This document shows positions 1 through 9,601 of a DNA stretch of 64,000 bases, piece after piece (position 1 is the stretch's first letter; every line of letters starts with the position of its first letter). The notes below the pieces were generated by a model that ran no database searches, was not told where the DNA came from, and worked only from the letters and a program-made list of their open reading frames with translations. The translations under genes and the position numbers were made by a program. Source of the stretch: Macrostomum hystrix (Eukaryota > Animalia > Platyhelminthes); assembly GCA_950097015.1 (NCBI GenBank), contig CATNEN010000038.1, forward strand, positions 2,914,001 to 2,978,000. Direction: 5' to 3'.

Positions 1-796
1 TAGCTGCAGCCACAGATATAGCTATAGGCCCTAGCTAGGCTAGCTTGTTCGGAAACTTATTACTTTGATGTCAGATTCGCAATCACAGCTTACTATTTCA
101 GTGTACAACAAGACAAGATTGCAAGTTACGATTGACAAGATAAATTAGCTACTTCAGTTTAGATGCAGAAGAAAATCAGAACACTACCTAATTGTGAATT
201 CCAAGTTAAACGGTAAAAGGTTTACGTTTACAAATTACAAAAACTTTTTGAGCTCACTTTTCGAAATCATGTTTGATTTCTAGATTTCAATATAACTTTT
301 TCTTGGAAATCCCTTAGTTAAAACGAATTAGAACAATATTATTTCGCATTAGCTACACTTAAAGTTGAATATACGCTCCAGCTTACTTTTATTTTGCACC
401 AGTAAGTGTTTTGGTACCTGGACACTTCGTCATCTTACAACTTCGTCATCCAGATGACGATCTGTCCAATATCTCAGAGGGTGGATGACGAAGAGACTTA
501 GACTTGTGGACACTTCGTCATCTATAAAACAAAAGTTTTCAAAGTTAGAACAGAACCACCCCTCCCCACCTCCTCACGAGTCACATCGTGTTGGCACCTA
601 TCTTTCAACTCTTATAATGAAATCAGTTTTGACACCTCTTTTTGCCAATTTAGAGTGTAAAAAAGTGTGTTCACACCTCTGCCCCACCACCCCACCCTCA
701 CTTTATTGATGACAAACTTGATTGCTTGTTATTAGTAGATGACGAACTGACCAAACTTTAAAGCATGCCAATTGGCTGGATGACGAAGTGTCCTAC

Positions 797-1252
797 TATG
801 ACGAAGTTTCGGTTTATTTTAATAGCAAGGTAAATTATCGATCGTTACAAAACCTTCGTAGCGGAAAGCACTCTCATGCAGTAAATTGGGTCTTCGAATT
901 AAGAAATCGTCTTTACGGCGAATGCTGGCTATATCTTAGATGGGTTACAGAGCTACTCAATGGATTCACTTGAAATACAGCTACGGCTACAGTTCAGATT
1001 AGCCACTGACAAAATAACAACCAGCACTCAGTCGTAGAACAAGCCCGGGGGAAGGGTTGGGAGCCTTCCTGGAAAGGCCTAATTAGCACATTTGAATACG
1101 AACTACGACTATGTAGTACACTAAAACAAAACCATTATAAATATATATGGAAAACCGAAGAAATATCCCTAACAAATATAGCTAACGAAAATAATGCACT
1201 TAATTAGAAATAGCATATTAAAATTACATTAAATTAGAGAGACAACGTCACA
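797..1252 (-). repeat. 3' LTR
   Basis: Identical by eye to 9146-9601. Minus-strand termini are TGTGACG...CGTCATA. A minus-strand AATAAA lies near 813-818. Confidence 0.95.
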
Positions 1253-1266
1253 CTCGCCTCCCTCTC
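1253..1266 (-). promoter_or_regulatory. Polypurine tract
   Basis: Minus strand reads GAGAGGGAGGCGAG immediately before the 3' LTR. Confidence 0.9.
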
Positions 1267-1947
1267 AGAAGCTTAATGGCCTACTAACAGTAGTGGCTAC
1301 GAACATCGAAATGGCTAGCGAAAAAAACGATTTCAAAATTGTTGCTACGTTATTAGAGTTATTAGAATAGCTGTCTAGAAATATTTTGCAAATGAGGTTA
1401 ACAATGGCAGTTTCAAGTGACAAAAACAGGCATTAAACTTCAAAGACGAACGGCAAAAACGGAATATCGAGTGGCAAAACTGAACGACGAATGGCAAAAA
1501 TTCGAACAAAAGCTGAAGGCAAAATTCAGCAAGATATTGGCAAATTGAACAACGTCATCAAACCGCAGAGGCAATAAAAGGAATTGAAAATATTTTTGTT
1601 TTAGCAAATGCAATGTTTATTATTTTTTTTTTTTAAACAAAACTGACAAATTGACAAACACGAGAATTGTCTAGGACTGGCGAAAAATTCGGCGAATCGG
1701 CGGCGGAGCGAAAACCTGGACGGCCTCGACTACAGCACCAGCGGCCGCAGCCAAGCTAAGCTCCTAACTACAGGCTACAAACAATGACTACGACAAAGGC
1801 TTACACTATGGCCAAAACCTAATCCGAAGATTCAAGGCTCGACCGCAGAGATACTAAACTAATGACAAAATGAAAAGATTGGCGAAAGCTATTAAAGAAA
1901 AGCTAACAGGCACACAGAACACAGGCAGCATACGACACGACTACACC

Positions 1948-4900
1948 TTAGCCCTCGCTACCTCTCCTGAACAGATTGACCAGCGTGGAAAGGAATCTGA
2001 CCGGCGGCCTTACTTGCCGGCCGGACCTCGTAACAGTGCAAGCTGGTCTCTGTGCCTGGTCTGTCTGATCGTGTTCGTGTTCTATTTGTGGTTGTGGTTC
2101 TGGTGGCAGATTTGGTATTGCTGTTGCCTGAGGATCTGGATTTGGCTCTGCTGTGACTTCAACTTCAGCACCGATGTCTGGCACCTGTTCATTATTGACA
2201 ATGTTTACTGCTTGTGGTGCTTGTTCAGGTTGCACCTCGGGTGGTGACTCTGGTTTAGTGACTGGTTGAGCATTTGGCTGTTCCACTGGCAGTGTTTTGA
2301 TTGGCTGTTGAGCTATCTGTGTGATTGGCTGTTGAACTGGCTGTGTGATTGGCTGTTCGACTGGCTGTGTGATTGGCTGTTGAACTGTCTGTGTGATTGG
2401 CTGTTGAACTGGCTGTGTGATTGGCTGTTGAACTGGCTGTGTGATTGGCTGTTCGACTGGCTGTGTGATTGATGACGATTGGCTTCTCGGAAAAGAGCGG
2501 CTCTTCTGACCCACAGGTGGGACAGTGACCAAGTCTGGTTCGGAAGTCCAGTCAGAACTAAAGCTCAGCTGTCTGGGGCTGGAATCCAGATCTCCTTGTC
2601 CTAGCTTAGATGAGCTTGGCATCCTTGCTACAGTGTCTAATCTAAATCTATCAACCACATCCTGATAGTTTGGCTGGCGGATGCACCTCTTCATCCGGTC
2701 TACGTTATAGATGTTGTGACTAGGATTCGGGACTCTAAACGGATTCTCTCGCGAAAACTCTGGAATCAACCTATAGTTTCTCTCAGAGACCTTCTGAATA
2801 ACCTTGTACGGACCAAACCAAACAGCTGGGTCGAGGCCCTTGTGGTCGGGGTTTAGAACCCACACTAGCTCTCCAACCTCGTAGCTTGACTTATAAACCG
2901 ATCTGTCATAGTAACGCTTCTGCCTAGCCTGTGCCTTCTTCCTAACAGCCCTTGCGGTGGCAGAGGTTTCGACAAGAGTTCGGTGGAGTCGGTGCGCGTA
3001 ACTGTCCGGGTCATAGCAATCTTGCCTTGGTGGGTTGTACATCAGGTCTAGGGGCATTTGAAATTCACGGCCCAGAAAAAGCTTAGCAGGTGTCATGCCT
3101 GTCGATTCGGATTCTAGAGAGCGGATGCTCATTCCTACACACCTAGCGGCAAAGGGCCAAGTCACATGCCTCTCAGCACAGACTGCTCGAATTTGACTCT
3201 TAATAGTCTGGATGTTGCGTTCCACCTTCCCGTTGGCCTGGGGGCGGCGAGCAGTGATTCTAACGGTATCTATCTCTAGCAAGCGGGTCAGCTCTGCAAC
3301 AATGTTATTTATGAATGCTGTGCCATTGTCCGAGACCATTTGCTCCATAGCACCGTAGCGAACAATCCACTCTGTCAGGATTGCTGCCGCGGTTGTCTCG
3401 GCAGTTACGTCTTTCACAGGGACAATTTCCACAAATCCGGTGAATCTGTCAATCATTACAAGCAGATACCGGTAGCCTTCCTGTTCAGGGAACGGTCCGC
3501 AATGGTCTACATGCACGACCTGGTTCGGGTACCCGGCTAGAGTTGGCTGCATCGGAGCTTTGTTCTTTCGCTTGCATTTCTTAGTCCTAGCGCAAATCTC
3601 ACAGCTAGCTACGACTCCCTTGACTATAGTTTCTAGGTTCGAGATTTGAAAGTTCTTTTTTACCACTCCTAAAGTCTTGTTTATCCCCGAGTGATTAACG
3701 GCTCTGTGGTAGTTGGTCACTAGCTCATCTACATTCGCAGACTCAGGGATGACCGTAAGCTTGGCAGCGGGCTTCCTTTTCTTGGCTGGCTTGTTCCGAA
3801 GCAGCAGATCGTCCTCAACAGACAGTTCGTCAAACATAGCCCATAAGGCTCTGAGCTCACGACTGCAACCTTGGAGCTCCTGCTTAGACAACCTCTCTAC
3901 CTTTCCAGCTACAGCATCTCTCAGGAAAACAAGATCAATGTTCGAATCCTGAGCACTACGGGCCCATTCTCTTTCTCTCTGTTCAGCCCCCGCCTCATCT
4001 TCGTTATCACTGCCTGGGTCTAGAACTTCGTCTGCGATCGTGGACCTATCCGAGACCTGGACTTGCACAGCATGTGCTGCGGCTGATGGCGGTGTTTCCG
4101 GTTTAGGTTTGGTGTCTACCTGAGTACCTGCAGACGAGGTTGGGATGACTGGGCGCTTGCTAGCTTGATTAGGCTCAGGGATCTCAGGGACCCGTTGGAG
4201 GTCAGTCTGAACTGCTAAGTCTGCAACCGGCTCATTTTGAAGCTGAATCGCTGAGTCGAATATCAGCTCGGTGGTCTGACAGCCAGTTGTGACTAGAGTC
4301 TGAGTACTGACACACATACGGCTGATTTTGACCTCACTAACATCCGATGGCGCTGGTTTTTTTTCCTTCTGGAACTTGGATATAAATTCTGGGATCAGGC
4401 TACAGGTTGGGCAGTCGAAATGGTCTGCTCTGAACTTCGGGTTGCGACTCAAAACATCTGCATTAACGTGGGATTCCCCAGCTCTGTGGGAGATTTTAAA
4501 ATCGTACTCCGCTATTCTCTCCAGTGGAGTCTGGTCTACCTTGAAGGTGTAAGGCTCTAGTGTGACCAACCATTGGGCGAGCATTCCGGTTGCGTGTTTT
4601 TTCGAGTGTAACCACTTCAGAGCAATCGCATCTGTTCGCACTAGGAACTCCCGGTCAAGTAAGTAAGTCCTGAACTGCTCTAACATGAGAACCAGACCTA
4701 GGAGCTCCCTCAAGGTGGCGCAATAGTTTCGCTGCGCGCTGGTGAATTTTTTAGAAGCGTAGGCAATCACTTGTTCTACGTCGTTCCCATCTAGTTGGGA
4801 AAGGACTGCTCCCACACCGTCAAGGGAGCTGTCGCAGTCTAGAACAAAGGTGCCCGCTGTGGGACTCAGGTCTGGGTATCTCAGCACTGGTGGATTACAT

Positions 4901-7900
4901 AGGCTGGACTTTAGTTCTTGGAAAGCGGCCTCGTGCACTTGGCGCCAAACAAATTTCTCAGAGCTCTTGGCTAGGGTATACAGAGGCGTGGCTATGATGG
5001 AGAATCTAGGGACAAACTTCCTGTAATAATTGGCAAATCCCAGGAAGGAGAGAAGCTGCTTCTTATCCCTAGGTGTACACCACTGTTGAACGGCCTCAGT
5101 TTTGGTCGGATCGGCCTCTATCCCTTTTGAGGAAACTATGAATCCCAGAAACTTCAGTTTGTCCTTGAAGAGCTCACACTTCGAGGGTCTGATTTTCAGA
5201 TTCGCTTTTCTAAGCTGCCAGAAAACTAGCGCCAGATGGGAAATCATCTCGTCGTTGTTTCTGGCCTTGATGATGACATCGTCTAGGTAAATTAGGCTAA
5301 CCCTGAGCAAAAGAGGGCGGAACACGCGGTGCATCAGCCTGGCAAAACTTGCAGGCGCGGTCTTGATCCCATAGGGGACTACGGTCCAACGAAAGGTGCC
5401 CTGGGGACATGAGAACGCGGTGAGGTCTCGGTCAGCTTCCCGGATCCCTACCTGCCAGTAGGCGCTCGTCAGATCTAAACTACTAAAGACGGCGGATCCC
5501 GCTAAGCTATCGAAAGATTCGTCTATTAAGGGCAGCGGGAAAGAGCACGGCTTTATGTGCTTGTTAAGCGCACGGTAATCTACGCAAAGGCGCCATGTAC
5601 CGTCCTTCTTTTTCACAAGCACAATGGGTGAGGCCCACTCGGAGTCGCACTCTTCAACAACTCCCTGGTTTAGGAGCTGGGCGATGTACTTATCCAGAAA
5701 TTCCTTTTGCGCTGGGGTTGTTCGCCTCGATGGCTGAGAAATCGGGCGACACTTCGGGTCCTTTAACTCGATTGACAGTTCATGCAGAGGGGTTCTACCG
5801 ATGTCTGCTTCCGATTTCGAGATCTGGCTAAGAAAATAGTTCAGCATTTTTACTGTCGTATCCAGCTGCTCCTGGGTCAGGTTACGCTCCTGCAGGTGAA
5901 ATTGATCTAAGAGCCACTTGGCTGTCCCTGGATCTGGGTAGGGCAGCTTGCACAGCTTATCATTAAGCGCGCTCTCGTTGTCAATGCTGAAATCACTCTC
6001 ACTAAGTCTGGTACTCACTACGCTCTCATCAGCTCCTAGCTTCTTGAAAGACGCTACCTCCTCGCCCTTGGCAATCCTCACCTCATCTTCGCCGCTGTTT
6101 AGGACTCTGACTAACACGTGACTAGTGGGGCTGACCTGGTCCAATGAATTGGCGACTATGATAGACGGGTCGGGGTCGAATAATCTGGCACTAACAACGC
6201 CATAGGAACTGCTCTCAGCGTCTATAGCCCTAGCTGGGATCAGCGTTTCTGAGCGGGGTGGCAGGACTGTATCGCAAGCGGCCACAACGCGATTCACGCT
6301 ACAGATCGCATTGGTGCCGCGAAAAATTGGGACGTACTCTCCAGCGCAGGTCACACGGTCACAGGCCATGTCCATGACGATTTGGAAATTACCACAGAAG
6401 TCCAACCCTAGCAGGATCTCGGATAACTGGCCTTCAATCACTAAGAATATGTGCTGCTGTTTTAATTTGCCTAAACTCACTTCGCACTGGAGCTTGCCTA
6501 GTATTTGCGAACTAGCCCCATTGAAACCAGTAGCTGTGCGCTGGGTGCGCGCAGGGGTGAAGACATTATTGATTGGATCAGCTTCTAGGAGCTTGTCTCG
6601 CATCTTCGGGCAAATCAGGGAGGCATTGGCACCGGGATCTAGAAGGGCAACAGTCTTGGTCTCGCCAATCTCAACCTGAACATAGAATCCTGCCTTGTAA
6701 CTGGGAAGGTCTGAAGACACTTCAGCACACTTAGGGTCCGTCGACGTAGCTGTCACACTAATAGCTTTGTCTCTAGACTTGCCAGCGTCGGCGACACGGC
6801 TGAATGTCACGCTGGTACCCACTAGCTGGTGGCTTAAGGCCAGGTCCAACAGGGGCTGGACCAACTGAGACAGGTGCGCAAAAACAGAGTCGCCTATCTG
6901 AGAGGACTGGATGAACCCGTAAGAGTCTTTCCAATGAGTCACTACTCCCTTCTCTCCGGGTGGCCTCGAACTCGCATTTGGCTTAAAACTTTTCGGCTCC
7001 CTAAAGGGTTGCGGGGTCCTGAACTTCGAGGGTGGCGCACCAGTACCTGGCTCTCTAGGATAGGGGCATTCGGCAATGAGGTGGCCAGTCTCACTACACC
7101 TGAAGCATTTAGGTAGGGCGCCGCTCATTCGGGCATGACTAGAGTAGTCTTGGGGGGACTTCTGAGATTGAAAGTTGTGCCTATGGCCACCACTGTTGCT
7201 ATTAGTAGGTTTCTGCGTGCTTTGTTGTGGTCCTGACTGTTTCTTCTCCAGTTCTGCTATTCTCGCCTTCAGGGCTCGGATCTCGTCTGCTTCAACACTT
7301 CTAACCTTGGGTTGCTCAGTCAGTTTGAGCAGCTGCCTAGTTTGATCTGTGTCTCGAGCCCTAGCTAGGAGTCTCTCCAGTGAAGCCCTGGGTGCTTCAT
7401 GCAGCATATTGATAAGTTTTTCGGCAATAGTTTTGTCAGCCAAGCCATAGCAAAACCGCGTCCTTACTAGGGGCTCGTACTCAGAGCGGCTCATGTCCGC
7501 GGCATTTGCTAGGCCTATGAGGCGGTCAAAATACTCCTGGATACTCTCCGATGACAGCTGTTGGGCTGAGGTCAGTTCTATATAGTATTTATCTACGTGG
7601 GTTGGCTCGCCATACCGGCTTCTTAGACTCTTCACTGCTTCATCAAAGCTTTTCTCGTGCAGTCGATAGTTGTAAAAAAACTCTTGGCACTCGGGTGACA
7701 GGGATGAAAGCAACACTGCTGTCCGATGCTCAGGCATGATCTCATTGGCTTCAAGAAACAGGCGGAATTGCGTCCACCAGATATCAAATTTGGTTTTGGG
7801 TGTGTAGGCCACTGGGGGTCTGAGCCGAGGGCTCGATTTCGGTATTCTAGAACTGGTGCTGGTGTTGTCACGGATTTGGGCTAGGGTTCTGGCGAGGTCA

Positions 7901-8061
7901 CCTAAGGAGGTCTCGCGCTCCGGCTGCTCACCTCCCTCCATCTCCACCTCAGCACCTCCTGCTGTCCCAGGCCCATGGCCGATGCTCTCCTCTGGTCCCT
8001 GGCCTGACAATGCTGCCCCTGACTGGTTGACTTGGTCGGTATCTGAATTTACGCCTGACAT
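1948..8061 (-). CDS. Gag-Pol polyprotein (2037 aa): capsid-like Gag, CCHC knuckle, cold-shock domain, aspartic protease, dUTPase-like segment, RT, RNase H, integrase with GPY/F
   Basis: CFRCSETGHLIAEC (7066-7107); GVVTHWKDSYGFI...VFAHL (CSD, about 6751-6954); LLDPGA protease (6631-6639); RT WASPIVLVKKKDG...LDLTSAYWQ...YLDD (5278-5289); RNase H DCDSS..GVGAVL..E..D..NADVLSR; integrase H..H..CEIC, VHVD..SDNG..NGKVER, GPY; terminal TRSGRQVRPP motif. No stops or frameshifts. Confidence 0.97.
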   Translation of the reverse strand: MSGVNSDTDQVNQSGAALSGQGPEESIGHGPGTAGGAEVEMEGGEQPERETSLGDLARTLAQIRDNTSTSSRIPKSSPRLRPPVAYTPKTKFDIWWTQFRLFLEANEIMPEHRTAVLLSSLSPECQEFFYNYRLHEKSFDEAVKSLRSRYGEPTHVDKYYIELTSAQQLSSESIQEYFDRLIGLANAADMSRSEYEPLVRTRFCYGLADKTIAEKLINMLHEAPRASLERLLARARDTDQTRQLLKLTEQPKVRSVEADEIRALKARIAELEKKQSGPQQSTQKPTNSNSGGHRHNFQSQKSPQDYSSHARMSGALPKCFRCSETGHLIAECPYPREPGTGAPPSKFRTPQPFREPKSFKPNASSRPPGEKGVVTHWKDSYGFIQSSQIGDSVFAHLSQLVQPLLDLALSHQLVGTSVTFSRVADAGKSRDKAISVTATSTDPKCAEVSSDLPSYKAGFYVQVEIGETKTVALLDPGANASLICPKMRDKLLEADPINNVFTPARTQRTATGFNGASSQILGKLQCEVSLGKLKQQHIFLVIEGQLSEILLGLDFCGNFQIVMDMACDRVTCAGEYVPIFRGTNAICSVNRVVAACDTVLPPRSETLIPARAIDAESSSYGVVSARLFDPDPSIIVANSLDQVSPTSHVLVRVLNSGEDEVRIAKGEEVASFKKLGADESVVSTRLSESDFSIDNESALNDKLCKLPYPDPGTAKWLLDQFHLQERNLTQEQLDTTVKMLNYFLSQISKSEADIGRTPLHELSIELKDPKCRPISQPSRRTTPAQKEFLDKYIAQLLNQGVVEECDSEWASPIVLVKKKDGTWRLCVDYRALNKHIKPCSFPLPLIDESFDSLAGSAVFSSLDLTSAYWQVGIREADRDLTAFSCPQGTFRWTVVPYGIKTAPASFARLMHRVFRPLLLRVSLIYLDDVIIKARNNDEMISHLALVFWQLRKANLKIRPSKCELFKDKLKFLGFIVSSKGIEADPTKTEAVQQWCTPRDKKQLLSFLGFANYYRKFVPRFSIIATPLYTLAKSSEKFVWRQVHEAAFQELKSSLCNPPVLRYPDLSPTAGTFVLDCDSSLDGVGAVLSQLDGNDVEQVIAYASKKFTSAQRNYCATLRELLGLVLMLEQFRTYLLDREFLVRTDAIALKWLHSKKHATGMLAQWLVTLEPYTFKVDQTPLERIAEYDFKISHRAGESHVNADVLSRNPKFRADHFDCPTCSLIPEFISKFQKEKKPAPSDVSEVKISRMCVSTQTLVTTGCQTTELIFDSAIQLQNEPVADLAVQTDLQRVPEIPEPNQASKRPVIPTSSAGTQVDTKPKPETPPSAAAHAVQVQVSDRSTIADEVLDPGSDNEDEAGAEQREREWARSAQDSNIDLVFLRDAVAGKVERLSKQELQGCSRELRALWAMFDELSVEDDLLLRNKPAKKRKPAAKLTVIPESANVDELVTNYHRAVNHSGINKTLGVVKKNFQISNLETIVKGVVASCEICARTKKCKRKNKAPMQPTLAGYPNQVVHVDHCGPFPEQEGYRYLLVMIDRFTGFVEIVPVKDVTAETTAAAILTEWIVRYGAMEQMVSDNGTAFINNIVAELTRLLEIDTVRITARRPQANGKVERNIQTIKSQIRAVCAERHVTWPFAARCVGMSIRSLESESTGMTPAKLFLGREFQMPLDLMYNPPRQDCYDPDSYAHRLHRTLVETSATARAVRKKAQARQKRYYDRSVYKSSYEVGELVWVLNPDHKGLDPAVWFGPYKVIQKVSERNYRLIPEFSRENPFRVPNPSHNIYNVDRMKRCIRQPNYQDVVDRFRLDTVARMPSSSKLGQGDLDSSPRQLSFSSDWTSEPDLVTVPPVGQKSRSFPRSQSSSITQPVEQPITQPVQQPITQPVQQPITQTVQQPITQPVEQPITQPVQQPITQIAQQPIKTLPVEQPNAQPVTKPESPPEVQPEQAPQAVNIVNNEQVPDIGAEVEVTAEPNPDPQATAIPNLPPEPQPQIEHEHDQTDQAQRPACTVTRSGRQVRPPVRFLSTLVNLFRRGSEG

Positions 8062-9125
8062 GACTAGAACTCAGACACACAACTAGAAAAAGAGGAGCGA
8101 AGAACGAGCTTGGCCTACACAAGAAAGAATGTGGCAGTTTACAAATGATTGAGCAACAAGTCTAGTACTAATGGTGGTCCTAAGTCTAAAGTTACTGCCA
8201 CAATAGATCCTAATATAATAATAATAATAAATAATTGAACTCAGCCTTAGCTGCAACCACCAGTTCCGAATCTCGGCCGCCGTTGTCTTCGGCACACTGC
8301 TCAGTTCGCCACGGCAATCGGCAAGGTCCAGCTCAACCAGGCTTGCTGCACACCGCTCGGCTCGGATCGGTTCGGTTCAGCTTGGCTTGGCTTGTTCGCA
8401 GATGGCAGGTGCCCTTCAGTCGCAGGCCCGTTCAACCCGCGAGGCGATGCTCTGATGCTACCCGATTGTTGTTGGCCGCTGTTGCAACTGCAGGCTGGCA
8501 CCGGCTGCCGTAGTAGCTGTTGTCGTGAACAGCTGGCGTAGGGCCGCTGCTGCCGGCGTTTGGCTAATTGACTGCTATTGCTGATGTTGTAAGTGACGAC
8601 CCGGCGGAAATGCTTTGCAGTGCTAGCCTGGCTCGCCTAGTCCACAAAAATCAAGCGGGGCGCAGGCCGAGAGAACCCTTAGGCAATCGATTGCAATGGC
8701 TAGGCGCAGTTCAACAGACGAGAGGGGTGGCGCTCGGCGGGCTAAAGCTTTGGGGTTGTTGCGCTTGCAATTAAGAGTTGATACTCCTAACCAGGTGTGT
8801 TTAGTGGTCACGTGATTGGACACAGGCGCAGAGCACAGAGGTTGGCTGGTTGTCTGACCCTCCTTTAAGCTTAGCGTCTGACTCACTCTGCGAAGAAACA
8901 CTGCCGATACGCTTAAGCTGATAAGGTTAGTTGTTGTTTACTTTCTCGATCGACTGTGTAGGCTGTGCCGTAAACCGATAGTGCACGTGAACTGAATAGT
9001 CTGTGCCGTGAACCGAATCACTGTTGGACTTTAGTAGATGGTACTTGGGATCTAATTAATGATGAGCAGGAGCTAGCTTTTTGACGAATGACGATGATCG
9101 ATGACCGAGTTCGAATTGTCATTGA

Positions 9126-9139
9126 CGGTGGGTCCTCCA
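9126..9139 (-). promoter_or_regulatory. Primer-binding site, probably for tRNA-Gln
   Basis: Minus strand TGGAGGACCCACCG begins 6 nt after the 5' LTR. It matches the complement of the typical eukaryotic tRNA-Gln 3' end (...CGGUGGGACCUCCA) at 13 of 14 positions (tRNA sequence from memory). Confidence 0.75.
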
Positions 9140-9145
9140 AATTTA

Positions 9146-9601
9146 TATGACGAAGTTTCGGTTTATTTTAATAGCAAGGTAAATTATCGATCGTTACAAA
9201 ACCTTCGTAGCGGAAAGCACTCTCATGCAGTAAATTGGGTCTTCGAATTAAGAAATCGTCTTTACGGCGAATGCTGGCTATATCTTAGATGGGTTACAGA
9301 GCTACTCAATGGATTCACTTGAAATACAGCTACGGCTACAGTTCAGATTAGCCACTGACAAAATAACAACCAGCACTCAGTCGTAGAACAAGCCCGGGGG
9401 AAGGGTTGGGAGCCTTCCTGGAAAGGCCTAATTAGCACATTTGAATACGAACTACGACTATGTAGTACACTAAAACAAAACCATTATAAATATATATGGA
9501 AAACCGAAGAAATATCCCTAACAAATATAGCTAACGAAAATAATGCACTTAATTAGAAATAGCATATTAAAATTACATTAAATTAGAGAGACAACGTCAC
9601 A
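9146..9601 (-). repeat. 5' LTR
   Basis: Direct repeat of 797-1252, followed on the minus strand by the PBS. Confidence 0.95.

Larger units (their letters stand above)
797..9601 (-). mobile_element. Full-length Ty3/Gypsy LTR retrotransposon
   Basis: Two 456-bp direct repeats (797-1252, 9146-9601). 4-bp TSD CTAC (793-796, 9602-9605). PPT and PBS lie on the correct sides for a minus-strand element. One Gag-PR-RT-RH-IN ORF with integrase after RNase H (Gypsy order). Confidence 0.97.

Noticed and set aside
1267-1947. Possible env or extra ORF in the Gypsy 3' region, and uORFs in the leader (8083-8901)
   Set aside because: No sense-strand ORF of useful length or with TM/fusion features; the leader ORFs are short and featureless.
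799-9599. Alternative LTR boundary TGACG...CGTCA with a 5-bp TSD
   Set aside because: That TSD would be imperfect (TACTA vs CACTA). LTR identity extends 2 bp further each side and gives a perfect CTAC TSD with an abutting PPT.
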